DNA of 46,754 nucleotides from Candidatus Paceibacter sp. (GTDB lineage Bacteria; Patescibacteriota; Minisyncoccia; Phycocordibacterales; GCA-2747955): NCBI GenBank assembly GCA_014237915.1, contig JABACC010000012.1, positions 1 to 46,754 of the forward strand, read 5' to 3'. Shown piece by piece: positions 45,901 to 46,754 of this stretch (position 1 is its first letter; each line of letters starts with the position of its first letter). The notes under the pieces were generated by a model. It saw only the letters and a program-made list of their open reading frames with translations, ran no database searches and was not told where the DNA came from. The position numbers and the translations under genes were made by a program.

Positions 45901-46353
45901 ACTAATGGAACAGTCAACACTAAAGATAATTATTATGAAGTCCAATTTTTCCCAGTCACCCCCCCAAATGTAAGCGATGTTCCAGTAGATGTGGTATTTA
46001 ATACTGAATTTTACAGTAATCCAAATTTCACATTAAACGTGGATGGTTCAGTAACAGTAAATAAAACTGGATATTACAAAATGCAAACCGATGCAATTTT
46101 TCAAGAAAACTCTGGTGGAAATAATCAAGCAGCAGTATTTTTAGAAGTAGTTGTGGCAGGAGATACAGGAAGAAGACTAAGAGCTTCAAATGGAATTGTT
46201 TCAGGTCAAGAAGAAACCTCTATTACTTTAAGTAGAGCAGTATTTATTACCGCAGGAGAGAGTGTTGTGGCTCAATATTTTTCTAATACTGGAGCTACAC
46301 TTACTCCAACTTTCTTCACTGCTAATTTAATATTTGAATATCTCGGTAATTAA
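42946..46353 (+). CDS. large fibre/adhesin-like surface protein
   Basis: Signal peptide; INYQGKL...GLFSVLLG...YLEI N-domain; duplicated modules; G-x-x-A-G beta-roll repeats; C1q/BclA-like C-terminal domain (VVFNTE...TVNKTGYY). Confidence 0.8.
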   Translation: MKLILLKKIKNIKLIFTILLFSFILFSYSQTFAITEKINYQGKLYDNNGNVIPDDNYNFKFKLCTTLSGNVCSDNLWEEEHIEVNRIPTSNGLFSVLLGETTSLSAIDFNQTLYLEINIGGSADTVTPTYETLSPAKELGSVPTSFYSKETEDSNTLDGIDSSSFLRSDIADTLEVTDNSNSALTITQLGSANSFQVNDESSDTTPFVVDELGNVGIGVLDPSSKLEVDGNIKLSGHLNINDEYIIPNSAGTDGQVLIFPSSGTSLVWADISSGLGAINYIGDSYIGTTSSLGGAGLTSAPKSILIGDDAGYSANTGLIEESILIGDSSGYGLDAGLRNIFLGNNAGYNLYGGTYNMFLGYNAGNPTGLIEADYNTIIGHESGTSVGESLSGENNLFVGYDIDPDGTNITWAGSNQINIGDTFLKYANGQISIAGATAINDAYVLPSTAGTDGQVLSYPSSGNSLEWTDPFAGAGFLPLTGGDMTGNIFMGNVDSGIFGYYFANLLGDNLGGISYDIGNDLLNITKEGSNSSISLGSSSVNISATNGMKIFSTNNTLVLDLENEFDGYETMIHVAGSTPEGVITESGGSLFFETNGADSNLYLKKSATVSNTGWEKIALETDLNNYIELATTGALNQTVSGAFDLDIGGQSQIASGGQMIFKGVGTSITGGLSLSRLTGSGDNGPVLEIIDETTNGGRSDFHISTIDPEGSVNGVLGSLLVYKPVAGTPTLYLKESDDGGNTGWVDLNSGFDTSANYDTTGNWDNDGNWIFNGDFTLNNNMAIYRGDKTPLEAFPNSNAALHIFGTNGSGNQANHYLETQSDVAGAHSIFNFRKSRDTGGDLLDGDDVGSILFQAYNGGSGGFGNAGRIIGGMAGNATTSSIPMDLKFQLAGETTTLTDRMVLNGLGGVTFSKIDSSSSPLRITNGTANLDMHFDTSSDSFTFGVDYANSPAIQIVDADITEYNGILTLDNDAVEPQVILNGDLVTNGTVNTKDNYYEVQFFPVTPPNVSDVPVDVVFNTEFYSNPNFTLNVDGSVTVNKTGYYKMQTDAIFQENSGGNNQAAVFLEVVVAGDTGRRLRASNGIVSGQEETSITLSRAVFITAGESVVAQYFSNTGATLTPTFFTANLIFEYLGN

Positions 46354-46359
46354 AATATG

Positions 46360-46441
46360 TGCTCAGGGCGGGGCTCGAACCCGCATGCACAAAGTGCCAT
46401 GGCCCTCAACCATGCGTGTATACCAATTCCACCACCTGAGC
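46360..46441 (-). tRNA. tRNA-Leu(GAG)
   Basis: Reverse complement gctcagg...catgg-ttgaggg-ccatg, long variable arm, gggttcgagccc, ...cctgagca. Confidence 0.95.
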
Positions 46442-46503
46442 GTTTACCAAAAATTTTAACATTAAATAATTTAAAATTAAAAAAATTTGTTATAATTTTT
46501 TAA

Positions 46504-46527
46504 TTCAATAAAAATATTTTTATTGAA
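46504..46527. repeat. perfect 24-bp palindrome
   Basis: ttcaataaaaat|atttttattgaa, with no loop. Confidence 0.8.
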
Positions 46528-46540
46528 ATTAATATAGTTA

Positions 46541-46754
46541 CTATCGTATAATGGTTATTACCCCCAAGGTAGTGAATCAGAGTGGTTCCGGAACTTGAAA
46601 AAAATCAAAAATCTTTTTAAGAAAAAATATGGTGGCTATCGTATAATGGTTATTACCCCCAAGGTAGTGAATCAGAGTGGTTCCGGAACTTGAAAAAAAT
46701 CAAAAATCTTTTTAAGAAAAAATATGGTGGCTATCGTATAATGGTTATTACCCC
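46541..46754 (+). repeat. 95-bp tandem repeat containing a tRNA-His-like 5' fragment; runs off window end
   Basis: Identical units start at 46541, 46636 and 46731; the junction recreates ggtggctatcgtataatggttattacccc. Confidence 0.9.

Noticed and set aside
1270-45945. Numerous short ORFs overlapping real genes on the opposite strand or in alternate frames (e.g. 8812-9123, 13160-13558, 37396-37722, 39151-39573, 41070-41453)
   Set aside because: Phe/Ser/Leu- or Lys-rich shadows of AT-rich coding strands, with no recognisable motifs.
42946-46441. Prophage next to tRNA-Leu
   Set aside because: No integrase, terminase, capsid or portal; the fibre protein has a signal peptide and is operonic with surface genes.
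46541-46754. CRISPR array
   Set aside because: The units are fully identical 95-mers with no variable spacers, and no cas genes are in the window.

Overview
Very AT-rich bacterial chromosome segment around the replication-initiation locus (rnpA-rpmH <> dnaA-dnaN). Gene content and style point to a CPR/Patescibacteria (Parcubacteria-like) genome using code 11 (inference). Supporting features are an orphan atpH, short MetRS, LeuRS with a NUDIX insertion, dispersed PrgI/VirB4/VirD4-like genes and many membrane-anchored surface proteins. The window holds four intact tRNAs (Arg-TCG, Val-TAC, Gly-TCC, Leu-GAG) and a 44-aa rpmH missing from the ORF track. The items most worth following up are: (1) a two-gene CBASS-like island after tRNA-Val (SMODS/CD-NTase fused to AGS-C, plus a SLATT effector) whose cyclase is split by one in-frame TAA; (2) an unannotated ~113-nt structured RNA (6S-like candidate) with its own -10 element and terminator; (3) a GC-rich, apparently foreign 14-aa Gln-ladder repeat protein; (4) extended -10 elements placed 6 nt before ATG in eight genes, implying leaderless mRNAs; (5) a cluster of consensus DnaA boxes 13 kb from dnaA; (6) a 95-bp tandem array built from tRNA-His-like fragments at the right edge; (7) a hidden HIT-like pseudogene and a poly-A-frameshifted rsmA. 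All family assignments are by-eye motif recognition; no searches were run.
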